64,000 nucleotides of DNA from Centroscyllium fabricii (Eukaryota): positions 133,486,001-133,550,000 of the forward strand of contig JBNRSN020000007.1 in assembly GCA_051313645.2 (NCBI GenBank), given 5' to 3'. The notes under the pieces were generated by a model. The model did no database searches. It worked only from the letters and a program-made list of their open reading frames with translations, and had not been told where the DNA came from. Position 1 is the first letter of the stretch, and every line of letters begins with the position of its first letter. The position numbers were made by a program, and so were the translations under genes. This document shows positions 49,856 to 62,588 of this stretch, one piece after another.

Positions 49856-52635
49856 CATGCTTTAATTATGTTATTATGACACCATGCAACATAACGTGCT
49901 GTTCTACAGCAAGTAACTATTGCCTGCAAGGAAAGGTCACTAGTCCTAGGTAATGAGGGTGATAAAATGGTGATACATTTCTGCGGGAGATGGGGGGAGA
50001 AATCTATAATTTTCAAATTTAGAGCACCTAAACAAGTGTGGTGCACTGCATCGGATGACAAATAAAACATTCAAAGCACATTTTTAACTCATGTGCAATT
50101 CATGATTTTTTTTCTTCAGAAAGTAACAGTCAACTAAATGTTATTATCTTCCCTCATCAAGTAGTTAACGAGTGAGCCTGTGGAAAGTATGTGGCCCAGG
50201 CAATAGGGGTCGCACAACAATGTAAAATCAATGCTGCCTTCTTTTTAGCTTTTGTGATCATTGTGATCGTGGCAGATCAAGAGAAAATGGGCTGCTAAGA
50301 CGCTCACAGCAAAGCAGCTGCTTGAGCCAAACAAGGCTGAATCCTGTTGACTCTGCTGCTACAGTCTTCCATACACTGGTATTTTGTTGATGTCAAGTGC
50401 AAGTACTGCATCTCTGATGGTAATTCAAATGTTTTTACTGGGGGTGGGTGGCTGGGTGGGTGGAGAATACTCGATGGTGTCTGTGGGAGAATTTGACCCA
50501 ATCATGACTATTGATATCCAGTGGTACTATTTTAAGAGTATTAGCTTACTGTCAGAAACTCAGATTACAGAACCCCTCTTGTTGAATCTAAAGTCCTGGT
50601 TGTGTGGCGTAACCTTTTGAAAATGGCTGTAGTTCCCCCTCCCCCTGCTTATCCATTTCATTACAGAACACATCAATTAAGTATATTTTATGGATCTAGG
50701 AATTTATTTAATTTTTTTTTGAATATTCAACATTAGAATATTTTTTCAGATTCTGATTTTGTTTTTACGTTAGGCAGTTGATACTCAGAAGAGTTAAATC
50801 TTGCTTTTGCACAGATCATATTCATTACATTCAGCTAATCTTTCTTTTCTGCCCACTGAATAATTTGAGTTTTCAATCTGACATACACTATTGTCTTGAG
50901 CGGTCTTGTGTTTTCAGTTTAAAAGAGAACAATTGAACAGAGTAAGAATTAAGGTCCAATTTGGGGCAAGGTTTGCGAGGGGAAAACTAACCAATACCTT
51001 CTAAACACCACCTACATTCTCCTTCTAGGGCAAAAACTTCCTTGGGCAATCCAGCCGTGGAAACACCCTATATTTGCCAGTTGTGATTGCACTTTCAGTA
51101 ACTTATGTAGCACTGGGAATGCAGTGGGAGTATTTAGCGGGTCAGTATGCACAGTGTCCTTTGGAGGGACAATGGCAAACACACCTTTTTTGAGATGCCT
51201 TTGCCACTATGTTTATTGCAGTAAGCAATTGTCCATTCTTTCAACAGAAATTGAAAACTATTGTATAAGATGATCAGTCCAGGAAAAATATTAAGTTCAC
51301 TATAACTTTCAGTAAGTTAAATGACTCAGTGTCAATAAGAACTGTTGCATATGTCGGAAAGGAACATTGCTTTTTTTAATAAAATGCCTGATTTATTTTG
51401 CCAATATACTTATAATGCCTTGTTAGTAATCTTTCTCTTCACTTTCGTTTGCTGTTGTATTTTTATTATGTCTCGATTTTTACTTGTTTGGTTATCTTTC
51501 ATTTCTGCCTGCATGTTTCCAGATTGTCCTCGGGTTTTTTCAACTTAACTTTTTTTAAAGGTCAGAGCAACTTTTCAAAAAGCTCACTCTTTTTGCTTTC
51601 TGCTTTCTTTTCTTTGAGAATGGGGATGAAAGAATCAATCTGTCCTCCGTGCTTTCAATAGCTTTCTGATTCTGTAGTAAAAATGTTTTCCCCTCATCCA
51701 AATTCCTTTCACATTCCTACGTCTGTCTTTTTCCAATGTTTTCAGCTCTTGATGTTTATCTGTACTTCTCATTTCATGAATTGAATTTCTAGTCACATCT
51801 AACCCTTCAAACCCATTTTAGCCTCTTCCCTACATTATTTAAGTTTCATTTAAAGGATTTATTATCTGATTCCTTCACCTCCAATTTCACATCCAACCAT
51901 AACTCAATATGTGCTGCCAACAAGAAATGCTGTACAATACCACAAAGTGAATGCTTAAGTGCAAACCGGTGGATTGAAATACTTCATGAACAAAGTGTCC
52001 CAAGAAGGACACTTTGGACAAAGATATTTCTGTCCCATGCATAGTTCCTCATCCTCATCCAACCCTACTTACCCACTCTCAGATTATGACTAGAGGCAGA
52101 GTAACTGGTCCTTACATATGGAGCCTCATGCTATTTAAAGTTTTGTGAAGTCAACCCTTTACCCCAGCTCCATTGTTTCATTGACTCCTTGAGTCATATT
52201 AAATGTAGCAGTAAACCCATTTCCATGCCCAGAAAAAAATGGACATGTTGTACAATATCACAATACAGCTGATCCGCTTTGCCTTCAATGCTTTCTAAGT
52301 TAGAATTGCAGTGAAATTACACCAAATAGAATGTAAAACCCTGAAATATACACTCGTCCAACACCTGTTTGAAAGTTTGCCGAGTCAGATTCGCCAGCAG
52401 TCAACTGCTCGTTGGCCACTCGATGAAGAATTTAGCAAATTAGTCCAATTGTTTTGAAGAGAGGCTCAACGAACAATTTTTTTTGGAAACTACCATTTCT
52501 CCCCAACCCTAGCCAGCTTTGTCAATATCACGCGGCAATCGAGGTGGTGAAACTGAGCAGGCCCTGCTCCCTCGGTAAGGGAAGGCTGGTCCACCTGTCA
52601 CGTACAAGCCTCTAGCAATTCTCGGGTTGACTCAC

Positions 52636-55092
52636 CTCTGGAAGCGGCATCCCGTTGATGATGAGATCGGGCTGTTGTTGGGAGCTCTGGGTGCTGGTGA
52701 AGGTGTGGTAGACGTGGTTTCCAGTCGCGTTCCTCGAATTCTGATTCTCCACGTTTAAAAAGGTGGCCTCTGACCGACGACATCCTAAGGGCAAGGTCTG
52801 CTGATGGTAATCGAAGTAGTTCAGGGAGGAGGTGAGAGAAGAACAGCTGACCACGTTCATTTTGTCAGTCTCCTCCATGTCTCTGGGCACCAGCCTGATG
52901 TCATTCTTGCTGATCTTATTCTTTTTCTTGGGTTTCTTCTGTTGGCCGTATGAATACTCTGCCACCCTGCAGTTGTACGTCCTGATCTCCTTGTTATCTC
53001 GCTTGCACTTGACTGCTACGAAGATCATGGTTACAAAGAGGATAGCAGCGATGGATCCCAGGGCGATTATAAAAATTAAGGATAAATTCAAGGACCCTGT
53101 CGACTCCTGAGCATCGAGAGCAGGCGAGAGGTACACCACGATCAAAGCAGTTGAAGAAAGGGCGGGCTTCCCGTGATCCTGGGCCACCACGATCAGTTCA
53201 TAGTTGGTCTCGGCGCCGTCCCCGAAGCTTCTGCTGGTCCTGATCTCTCCATTCGTGTGGTCCATCTCGAAGAAGCCTCGGTCGCCATCGGCGATCTCGT
53301 AGGTCAAGCGGCCGTTGTCACCTTCGTCGTAGTCATCGGCTTTGACCACCGTCACTAAGTAGCCAGAGCCGACGTTTCTGGGTATGTAGACATCGGTGGT
53401 CCCATTAACCAAAGGCGGACCAGTTATAACCGGCACATTGTCGTTCACATCTAACACAATCACCCTGACGGTGGCATTGCTCTCCAGGGCGGGGTTGCCC
53501 CCATCCTTGGCCATGACCTTAAACTCGAAGGACCTGGTCTGCTCGTGATTGAAGGACCTCAGAGCGTACACGTCCCCCGAAGTGGGGTTGATGGAGACAT
53601 AGGTGAAGACGGGCATGTCCTTGACCTGGGAGGGGATGATCTGGTAGGAGACGCTGCCGTTTAACCCCAGGTCCACATCTCTGGCGGACACCGACAGAAG
53701 GTGCGAGCCCGGGGTGTTGTTCTCCTGGACGATGACTTGGTAGAAAGGCTTGGAGAAGTGAGGGGGGTTGTCGTTTTCGTCCGTGATCCGGACGGTGAAG
53801 GATTTGGTGGACTGCAGCGAGGGGGAGCCGCCGTCTTTGGCCAGGATGGTGAGGTTGTAGAGGTCCCGCTGCTCTCGGTCGAGCCTCCCGTCCACCAGGA
53901 TGGTGTAGAAGCTCTCGTACTCTTGCAGTTTGAAGGGGACGTCGCCCAGCAGCTTGCACTGGACCCTACCGTTAGAACCGGAGTCCCGGTCGGAGACCCT
54001 CACCAGACCGATCACATAGCCGGGAGGGGCGGCTTCGCTCACCTCCACCGTCTGGCTGCTGACGGAGAAGAGAGTGATGACCGGGACATTGTCGTTCACA
54101 TCCACCACCTTCACCGTCACCTTGCAGTGAGCCGGGATGGAGTTGGGTCCCAAATCTTTCGCCTGCACGTCCAGCTCGTAGATACTCCCCTCCTCGTAGT
54201 CGATGTTGCCCTTCACGGTGATGGCTCCCGTGCGGGGCTCCAACTTGAACAGTTGCCTGGTCTTGTCCGACACGTAGCTGTTGAAGGAATAGACGATCTG
54301 GCCGTTGGTGCCTTCGTCCGGGTCCGAGGCGTTGAGGTCGATGAGTAGCGAGTCTGCCGGCGCATTCTCCAGCACATTGACGATGTAGGCGCTCTGCTCA
54401 AACACCGGGTAGTTGTCGTTGGAGTCGATGACTCTGATGTTGAGCTGAGCCGTGCCGAAGTTGGGGGGCTGGCCCCCGTCCAGCGCGGTGATCATGTAAC
54501 TGTAGCGGGACTGGCTCTCCCGGTCCAGGGGCTTCTCCACCACCAGCTCGGCGAAGCGGCTGCCGTCTCCCCGGCTCTTGATCTCCAGCCCGAACAGCTC
54601 GTTGGGCGTGATCTGGTAGGTCTGCACCCCGAAGTCTCCGGCGTCCGGGTCGTAGGCGCTCTCCAGGGGGATCCTGGTGCCCGGGCTGGCCGTCTCCGAG
54701 ATCTCCAGCTCGATCTGCTCGCTGGGGAAGCTGGGCGAGTTGTCGTTGAGGTCGAGGATCTCCACTTTGACCACACAGATTTCCATGGAGTTGACCATCT
54801 CCTCCAGCGAGATCAGGCACTTGGGGCTCTGCCGGCACAGCAGGTCCCGGTCGATCTTCTGCTTGGTCACCAGTAACCCGCTCGATGGGTTGATCTCCAC
54901 CAGATGCGGCGCCGAGTTGGACAAAACGCGGAACAGAGGCACCGTCTGATCCCAAGTTGAGAAGCCCGCGTCTTTGGCGATGTTCCCGATCACCGTCCCG
55001 GCTCTCTCCTCTTCCACGATGGAGTATTTCAAATTAATCACGGCGGAAGCCCGAGCCCAGAAGAGCAGGACAAGGAGCAACAGCAAATCCAT
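52636..55092 (-). CDS. pcdh19: Protocadherin-19 (delta-2 protocadherin), first coding exon: signal peptide, six cadherin repeats, TM, start of cytoplasmic tail
   Basis: Intact ORF; recognisable PCDH19 peptides ([80 protein letters not shown]); DRE/DxNDN/AxDxD calcium motifs; ends at splice donor CAGAG|GTGAGT; alternative in-frame ATG at 55125. Confidence 0.95.
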
Positions 55093-55760
55093 CCTCGATC
55101 GGCACCTGTTGATTTCTGGATTCATTGCAAACAGCTCCTGGACGCGGGCATGGCGAAAACAACAAGGCTCAAATCATCACTGTCCCATTGCAAAGTAAAA
55201 AAAACAAACACACACTTTTCGGTTCAAGCTTGCAAATATCTGCCACTAAAGTCTTTACGAAAATGAAGCCGGATCGAAAGGTTGGAGGCTGCAAGCTGCA
55301 GACTGGCTGTGCACCGAAACCCCTGTTCTTATTTGTGCAGCACTTACTTCAGCACCCAACCGTGTCGAAATCTGCAGATCTACAAAGAGGTTGTATGTTG
55401 CGGCAGGAGGTTTAATTTGGATTCAAATCCCAGTCTGCGCTCTTTTTTTTTCCTTCCCGGTCGAAGTTTATTTTAGAAATAGGCATTTGTACATCTGCAC
55501 GGTGTGGGCTGGGAGGGGGAACTCGCGGCTGCCGCAGGTCCGCGCTCACAACGCTGCGATTACAAAATGCAACTGATCACTGGCGACTCTGCTGAGCGCG
55601 GCTCAGTCCCGGGACCAGCTTAGCTCCAGCCAATGAGAGACAAGTGCGGGGATTGATTGACAGCTGGAAATTGACAAGTTCTTTTCAACAATTTCAGGAG
55701 CTGAGAGGATGAGCCGCCACTCCTGTGATCCCATCATGAGAGGTGGAGCTTGTAAGATGC
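55093..55760 (-). promoter_or_regulatory. Putative pcdh19 5'UTR and proximal promoter
   Basis: Immediately upstream of the ATG, CpG-enriched, CCAAT (55630-55634) and TGATTGACAG (55654-55663); TSS not determinable. Confidence 0.55.
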
Positions 55761-56075
55761 GTGTGTGAGAGAGTGGATGTGTATGGAGGAGAGTGGATGC
55801 ATGTGTGTGTGTGAGAGTGAGAGAGTGTGTCTGTGGGAGTGTGAGAGTGTGTGTGGGAGAGTGAATGTGAGTGTTTGTGTATGTGAGAGTGTATGTATGT
55901 GTGCGAGAGTGTGTGTGTGTGTGGGAGAGTATGTGAGTGTGTGAGAGTGTGCATGTGAGAGTGTGTGTATGTGTGAGACTGCATATGAGTGTGTGAGAGA
56001 GTGTGTATATGTGAGTGTGTATATGTGAGTGTGTATGTATGTGAGAGTGTGTATGTGAGTGTGAGTGTGTATGTA
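55760..56075. repeat. (TG/AG)n low-complexity microsatellite running into assembly gap
   Basis: Visible dinucleotide composition. Confidence 0.95.
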
Positions 56076-56326
56076 NNNNNNNNNNNNNNNNNNNNNNNNN
56101 NNNNNNNNNNNNNNNNNNNNNNNNNNNNNNNNNNNNNNNNNNNNNNNNNNNNNNNNNNNNNNNNNNNNNNNNNNNNNNNNNNNNNNNNNNNNNNNNNNNN
56201 NNNNNNNNNNNNNNNNNNNNNNNNNNNNNNNNNNNNNNNNNNNNNNNNNNNNNNNNNNNNNNNNNNNNNNNNNNNNNNNNNNNNNNNNNNNNNNNNNNNN
56301 NNNNNNNNNNNNNNNNNNNNNNNNNN
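56076..56326. other. Assembly gap (N run)
   Basis: 251 N. Confidence 1.
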
Positions 56327-57822
56327 AAAAACAAGTGACATAAATCAAGTTGTAAATAGCTTGACAATTGAACACAATTGTTTTGTTCATTTTCCCAACG
56401 ACGGTTTCAAAGCTGCTCCTTTTTACAGATTGAGGGGAAAAAACAAATGGAAACCTCGGCACCTTGAAAAGACTTTTACAGTTTTAGTAAAAGACTAGGA
56501 AGTAGGAGATTAACTGAGATGTAAATTGAAGAATCGGTCTGTGTGGACCAGCATAATTGTTATTGTGTTTAAATGCCGTAATTATAACCTGTATTAAGAG
56601 CAGAGGCGGTGTCTATTTGCGTCTTATAATCACCTCCTGTGCTGCAAAAATTCCATTTTATTGGACATCAAACACACGGATTTAAAGGCAGACATCCCTT
56701 TCTAACTTCAAACCACATCAAATGATACCAGCCTCAGTTGGATTTCGTTTATTTGTTTTACGAGCAGAGCCTTTCCCTGTGGTGGGGCGAGGGAATGTGC
56801 TTCGACATTACCCCCACTCACAGGCGAGAGGACACTGGCAATGCTGCCTGTCGGGGCTGTGCTGTGCTGCCTGTTGACGGGGACCCGCTCTCTGCAGAGC
56901 GCCGTTTGCTTTCAAAGTCACCAAACAACCGCATTTATGATCCGCCGGCACAAATAGATTCGATTTCAGTAAAATCCCAACCAATGGTTGGCCTGGACCC
57001 ACCAGCCGGGGTTACAACCGAAATGATTCAGCACGATTTAAAATATATATATATATATATATTTATCATTTTGCACGAAGCCCAGTGAGTTTATTTGAAT
57101 TGTTAATATATGCGGGGAGTTCTTTGCTGGTATTTTGTGGTCGGGTCTGTCGGAACTGGGTGATCAATAACATTGAAGTGGCGCCTGTAATATTTGATTG
57201 AGTACCAGAGTCCAGTCTGAATGGGATTCCGTGCCATTAAACATTCCCCAGGTAAATTGAAATGGGGGAAAAGATTCAGGTAACATTATTAACGTTGTAA
57301 TGGGCCTCGTATTAAATCATTCAAAGATAGACGACAACAGCGCATCAGCCGAATCGTGTTACCCCGGGGAAAACTAAATAGGAAGTCTATGCTTCGCTGT
57401 CTCTCGCAGCTAAATAATAGCAGATTCAGAGCCAAGCCCCATTTCGTTACTTCTGTCACCGCAACCATTGGGCGGATCGAAGCAAGGTTTTTTTTTAAAA
57501 AATAAAGGCAACATTCCTCTTGCGTTAGCCCCCAAAATACCTTTGATTGAGCGCCAACCTTCCCTAAAAAAACTGTTCAAGTGGAGCAGTGATGTTTGCT
57601 AATGCCCCCCTCCCCCTGCTAGTGTTGGTAAATGTAGTGGAATTACAGTGAAGGCAGCCCGAATGCGATGCCAAAATGCTATCTAGTTAAACAGAAAACA
57701 AATGCACACGTGTAAACTGAGAGATTCACCCTAGACTAGTCAGACTGCAAAGTGCATTGTGAACAGGGTACAGTGTGGGAGAGCTGCCGGCATTAACAGT
57801 TTGTTTACTGAGCCGGCTGCCG

Positions 57823-58153
57823 CCATGGGTAATTCCATGGGTAATTCCATGGGGTATGAATTCCATGGGGTAATTCCATGGGTAATTCCATGGGGTATGA
57901 ATTCCATGGGGTATGAATTCCATGGGGTAATTCCATGGGTATGAATTCCATGGGGTAATTCCATGGGGTAATTCCATGGGTATGAATTCCATGGGGTATG
58001 AATTCCATGGGGTAATTCCATGGGGTATGAATTCCATGGGGTAATTCCATGGGGTAATCCCATGGGGTATGAATTCCATGGGGTAATTCCATGGGGTATG
58101 AATTCCATGGGGTATGAATTCCATGGGGTAATTCCATGGGGTAATCCCATGGG
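57823..58153. repeat. 13/16-bp mixed-unit minisatellite
   Basis: Units CCATGGGGTAATT and CCATGGGGTATGAATT. Confidence 0.92.
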
Positions 58154-60182
58154 CTGTACACAACCTCTTATCTAACTGCCTGGGGTGTTGTGAGAAGTGA
58201 AATCCCCGGGCTTTGCAAAGCTTTAAGGGCTGGAAAAATAAACACGTTTCTCTACTGCTTGTCCGCTGATATTTCCGTGCCCTCATTCGGGCTTTGCTGT
58301 GTGAGGGGTTTGCTGTGAACAGTGAACAAGCGTTGCTTCCCTGACTTTCAACAGCAAGATTTGGGGAGAGGTACGCCTCCATGCATTTAACTCTTTCGTC
58401 GCAAATTTGCGCAGTTTCGTTTAATCTTAGTTTGACGACTGCGTCAACTTGTGCGAAATAAAGAATACACTTAATTAGTCGACATAATAGATTTAATGTA
58501 ATGGAGAAATCTAAAACTATTGGTGGACTGAAGCGCTTGGGAATGAACTTCACTAGCGCCACACCGTGGCTGAATTGAATGGAATCTCTGGACCTGATCG
58601 AGGGGACAAATGGCAGATGATCGCAAAATAACCCTGCTGCCTATTGTGGAATCTCCGTCTTTTCAGATAAATGTTTGACAAGTGTCATTGGTTTTCCTTT
58701 AATGTGCACCTTTGCTGTACGTTCGCAATTGCACAGACTTAGTATTCTGGATGTTATGATGTTTTACCGCATCTCCTATTTTTTACACTGCAGTGAGATT
58801 AAAGGCACAGTATGTGGTACTATGATAACGGTATGCCTCATATTCCAATGTAATCATTGTTTTGGCTTGCTTAAGATGCTTGCTGGGCTCCAACAATGGG
58901 CTTAATTGTCAAATATCCTCATTTAAATGCTGTACTTGCTTTGAATTATAATCCCAAGAAGAGGTCATTGTTTGTTGGTGAATTGGGGTTACAGTTGGAT
59001 GCTAAATGGATTTTTAAAAATGTTACTAAAGAATGTGAAGTCATATTTCTGTCATCCTGCCTGCTTTTGGTGATATTAAGTGTTAGGAAAAAATAAAGGT
59101 TGATTTGTGTTAAGTTAGCTGGAGTGCTGTGTAAGGATTTGTCTTCATGCTCGCTGAAGCACACATTTGCATGGTACACTGCAGTGGAGGGCACTGGCTG
59201 ACTCTTACCTCTGCATTTAAGTTTGGGCAGTGATTTGGCAGAAAACACATTCAGAAAAAAAAAATCCTGGAGACCTTAAATAAATACTGGAGATTCCAGC
59301 GTGACACTGCAGTGCTGTTGACTGTTGTAAAATCAGGCAGAGCTGGAGAAAGTTTTGCTTTAGCCAACGCTTTGGGCTCCCAACAGATTAGACTGACACA
59401 CGAAGGCTGCAGTATCCCTCCGCTGAGCAATTGTAAAATACAGTGCCCAAAAAACTATCTTGAATTTCTTCACAATGCTGCAGGTAGTTACAGGACTTTT
59501 CTTTTAGCTCTGTATGTGATAACAGCATTCATGAAACACGCATATGTGTCTGCTTTAATTTTCATGAGCCATGAAAAATAAATGCGAGATTAACTTATAC
59601 TACTAATGCGCTTTCAATGAACATGTGAATTTTTTTGTTGAAAACTGTTTAAATTAATCCTGGGTGTAGTCTCATGAATGGGTTGTTGTAGCTTGAAACA
59701 GACTCCAGTTGTTTTGCAGTAATTGAAATAAATTACTTCATATCTTATTACTAAAAGGATTTACCATGTTATTTTGTGGTAACATGTTTGCATAAGCAAT
59801 GCTACCACCTGCATGAGAGACCACCATTAACCAGGGTGTTTCAGTGCTGATTTATCCATCTGTAGGTTACCCCGGCACTACTGATGTGATTTATGTGTTT
59901 ATTTTAATTGTGGTGTGGGTGCCAGCGTCTTTTGTGTTGTGCTGGTCCTAATTAAATACACATTGGCCTTCTTTTTCTTAGTCCGTTTGCTGTGCATCCA
60001 TCACGTTCTTATACTTACTTCTGGAGAAAGATATGAGTTGCATGGTTACTTAATGTACATCAGCACAATGGGTGAGGATGCCACAACACTGAGGTTAAAA
60101 TAAATAACACTTTCAATTGATCTGCCAGCTAATCTGGAAATCACACTTCACTGTCTCCAATTTCATTACTACTGAACCCGGC

Positions 60183-60483
60183 TGTGGTAAACCACTGTCT
60201 TGTATATATTGTATATATGTCTCCCCCTTGTGTCCCCTCCCTGTAACTACTGTAACCATACTATAAAGTGCAACTCCTTGCCTTCTTGTCAGGGAGGACT
60301 CACATGGGAGGACCCCGCTCTTTGGCTTCCTCCCCAGGCTCCGCCCACTGAGTATAAGAGTGCCAGCACACCTGAGTGCTTTCACTTCGGCTTGGAAGAT
60401 CATCAGACCTGTGTCCATTTCTATTGTCAATAAAAGCCTCGATTACATCTGACCATCGACTGGTAGTAATTGATTGTGCATCA
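60183..60483 (+). mobile_element. Solo LTR (301 bp), Gypsy-like
   Basis: TGTGG...CATCA termini, 5-bp TSD CCGGC, GAGTATAAG and AATAAAAGCC as in the full Gypsy LTR. Confidence 0.8.
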
Positions 60484-60896
60484 CCGGCACAGGCCATTTC
60501 TATCTCCTCCTCAAAATGCACAAATAGGACTATCCTGCTAGATCCATTCTTTCAACTAGTCCCCTCTTAGACTCTATTCGTTCCCCCTTGTTCAGTTTCG
60601 GCCTACCTACATTCATGACGCTTCTGATGCTCTCTGCCCCTTTGAATATTTCAGATTCTCTGCTCCAAATTGTCCTCTTTTCACCGTGCGCATACAATCC
60701 CTTTACACCACTCTCTCCCCAGGTTTCTTTCTCAAACAATGGCCCAACTAATCTCTTCTACCACTCTCCTGTGCTCGGATGAACCTGTTCTCAGCCTCAA
60801 CAACCATTCTTTTAATTCCACTCATTTTCTCCAAGTAGAACGTGCTGCTGCAGGAGCCTGCATGGTTCCAGCTATGCCTGTCCTTTTAAGGGATAT

Positions 60897-61143
60897 AGAA
60901 ACATAGAAACATAGAAGATAGGAGCAGGAGTAGGCCATTCGGCTCTTCGATCCTGCTCCGCCATTCAATGAGATCATGGCTGATCATCCAAACCCAGCAC
61001 CATGTCCCTGCCCTCTCCCCATATCCCTCGATCCCTATCGAACCTACATCAACACATATCCCACCCTATCCCCGTAACCCCACATATTTAACACTAAGGG
61101 TCAATTTATCCTGGCCAATCAACCTAACCCACACATCTTTGGA
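60897..61143 (-). mobile_element. 5'-truncated HE1-type SINE with long CR1-derived tail
   Basis: Reverse complement of ~21637-21895; GGATAT repeated at both flanks. Confidence 0.8.
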
Positions 61144-62588
61144 TATGTGGAACACTCTTTGTTCCAATCTTACTCAGGCCTCTTCCCTGTCCTGTTCTCT
61201 GCTGTATCGATGACTGTTGAAGCCGCTTCCTGCTCTTACTCCGACCTGGAAAATGTCTTTGGTTGCACTTCCAATTTCCACCAATCCTTCATCTCTGGCT
61301 CTTCCCTCTCTTTCCTGGACTTCTCTCACTCTCCATCTCTGTCAAAAGGTTTGCCATGGACATTACAAGCTGTTTGACTTCCAGACTAACCTTATACCTC
61401 TTCCCACAGTACTTCTTGTAAAGCCATCCAGTTTCTCCTCTGCCTCATATCTACTCTGACGACTTCACTTTCTATACCAAAACTTTTGAACGGTCCTTTC
61501 TTCTTACCTGAGCTATTCTCCATGTTGTGGTCAACCGGGCCTTTGATTGTGACCGTCCCATTTTTTGTGTTTCTTCTCTTCCCATCCCCCTCCTCTCACA
61601 ATCACGACAAGGTCTCCTTTGACCTCATCTTCCAAATTACCAGCCTTTACATTCATGAGATTGTCTTCTACAATATCCACAACCCATAACCTGATCCTAC
61701 CAGGAAACATGTTCCCCCCTCCTTTGCTTTCTGGAAGGACTATTCTTTCTGCGATACTCTTGTTCATTCCTCCATTACCAAGTCTTCTGGCTTCCCTTCC
61801 TTTAGTTCTTTCAAATGTAATTGTGGCATATGCAACACCTGTTCATTCACCTCTTCGCACACCATTGTTAAAGGCCCCAAAGACTCTTTCCATGTGAGAC
61901 AGCAGTTCATGTGTACCTCTCCCAATCTCTTCGACGGCATTTGCTGCCCACATGCTCCTATACTGTTCCAGCCAAGCTCAACTCTTGCTTCGGGAACTGT
62001 AGCCCAACATTGGTGTCAGCTCAACTGTGGCAACAGTGCAGAGGGCAGGCTACATCAAATGTTCAGATGGGAATCCCTTCCCTTAATTTGAATAAATTAC
62101 TAGCACATGGAAAGCTTGCCCAGAGAGCTTGGCCGGTATCAGACTTGGCTAATGGTATAAAATCTGTTATAAAAGCTCTTATAGGGCTGCAGTTCACTGT
62201 CAAAGACCGGCAGAAATGTTGACTAATTGTTCACAGTGGGTTATGATAATTTAATTAGTTAGATTGTTTCTAATGGTGGGTGAAATGGTAACAAGGGGTC
62301 ACAAATTTAAGATAATCACAAAATGAATTAAAAGGGAAATTAGAAAAAAATTCAGACTGAGAAGATAATTAGAATGTAATATTCTTTGCTACAAACCATT
62401 GTTGAAATAGACTTCATAAATTATTTTATAAAAGAATGAATGAGTTGCTTGAAAAAGAAAAATATTAAATGGTGTGGGGAGTGAGCAGGAGAGTGGAATT
62501 AGACCAGGTGGCTTATGGGGAAAAGTACTGGCACAAGCTTGATGGCCCAAATGGTCTATTTTTATGCTGTAACATGCTAGGATTTTAT

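Larger units (their letters stand above)
60110..61960 (+). mobile_element. Highly degenerate Penelope-like element (RT and start of GIY-YIG region)
   Basis: Decayed motifs FYLLLKMHK, QSLYT, LSLNN.SFNSTHFLQV, PSYACLF-like, CIDDC (YIDD), CNCG.CNTC, VRQQFMCTS; interrupted by a solo LTR and a SINE. Confidence 0.65.

Noticed and set aside
1-52600. Downstream pcdh19 exons (TENYSFDSNY..., KDSGHEESDQ..., CWMP)
   Set aside because: Not found by eye or in the ORF track; probably beyond the window start, but a ~60-bp exon could have been missed
52612-52635. ORF tail VSQPENC* as the true PCDH19 C-terminus
   Set aside because: Follows a consensus GTGAGT donor; treated as intron read-through, though a short retained-intron isoform cannot be excluded
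53519-54955. Alternative-frame and antisense ORFs within pcdh19
   Set aside because: Expected from high GC3 codon bias; no motifs
55603-56498. Long ORFs spanning the microsatellite and N gap
   Set aside because: Low complexity plus unknown bases
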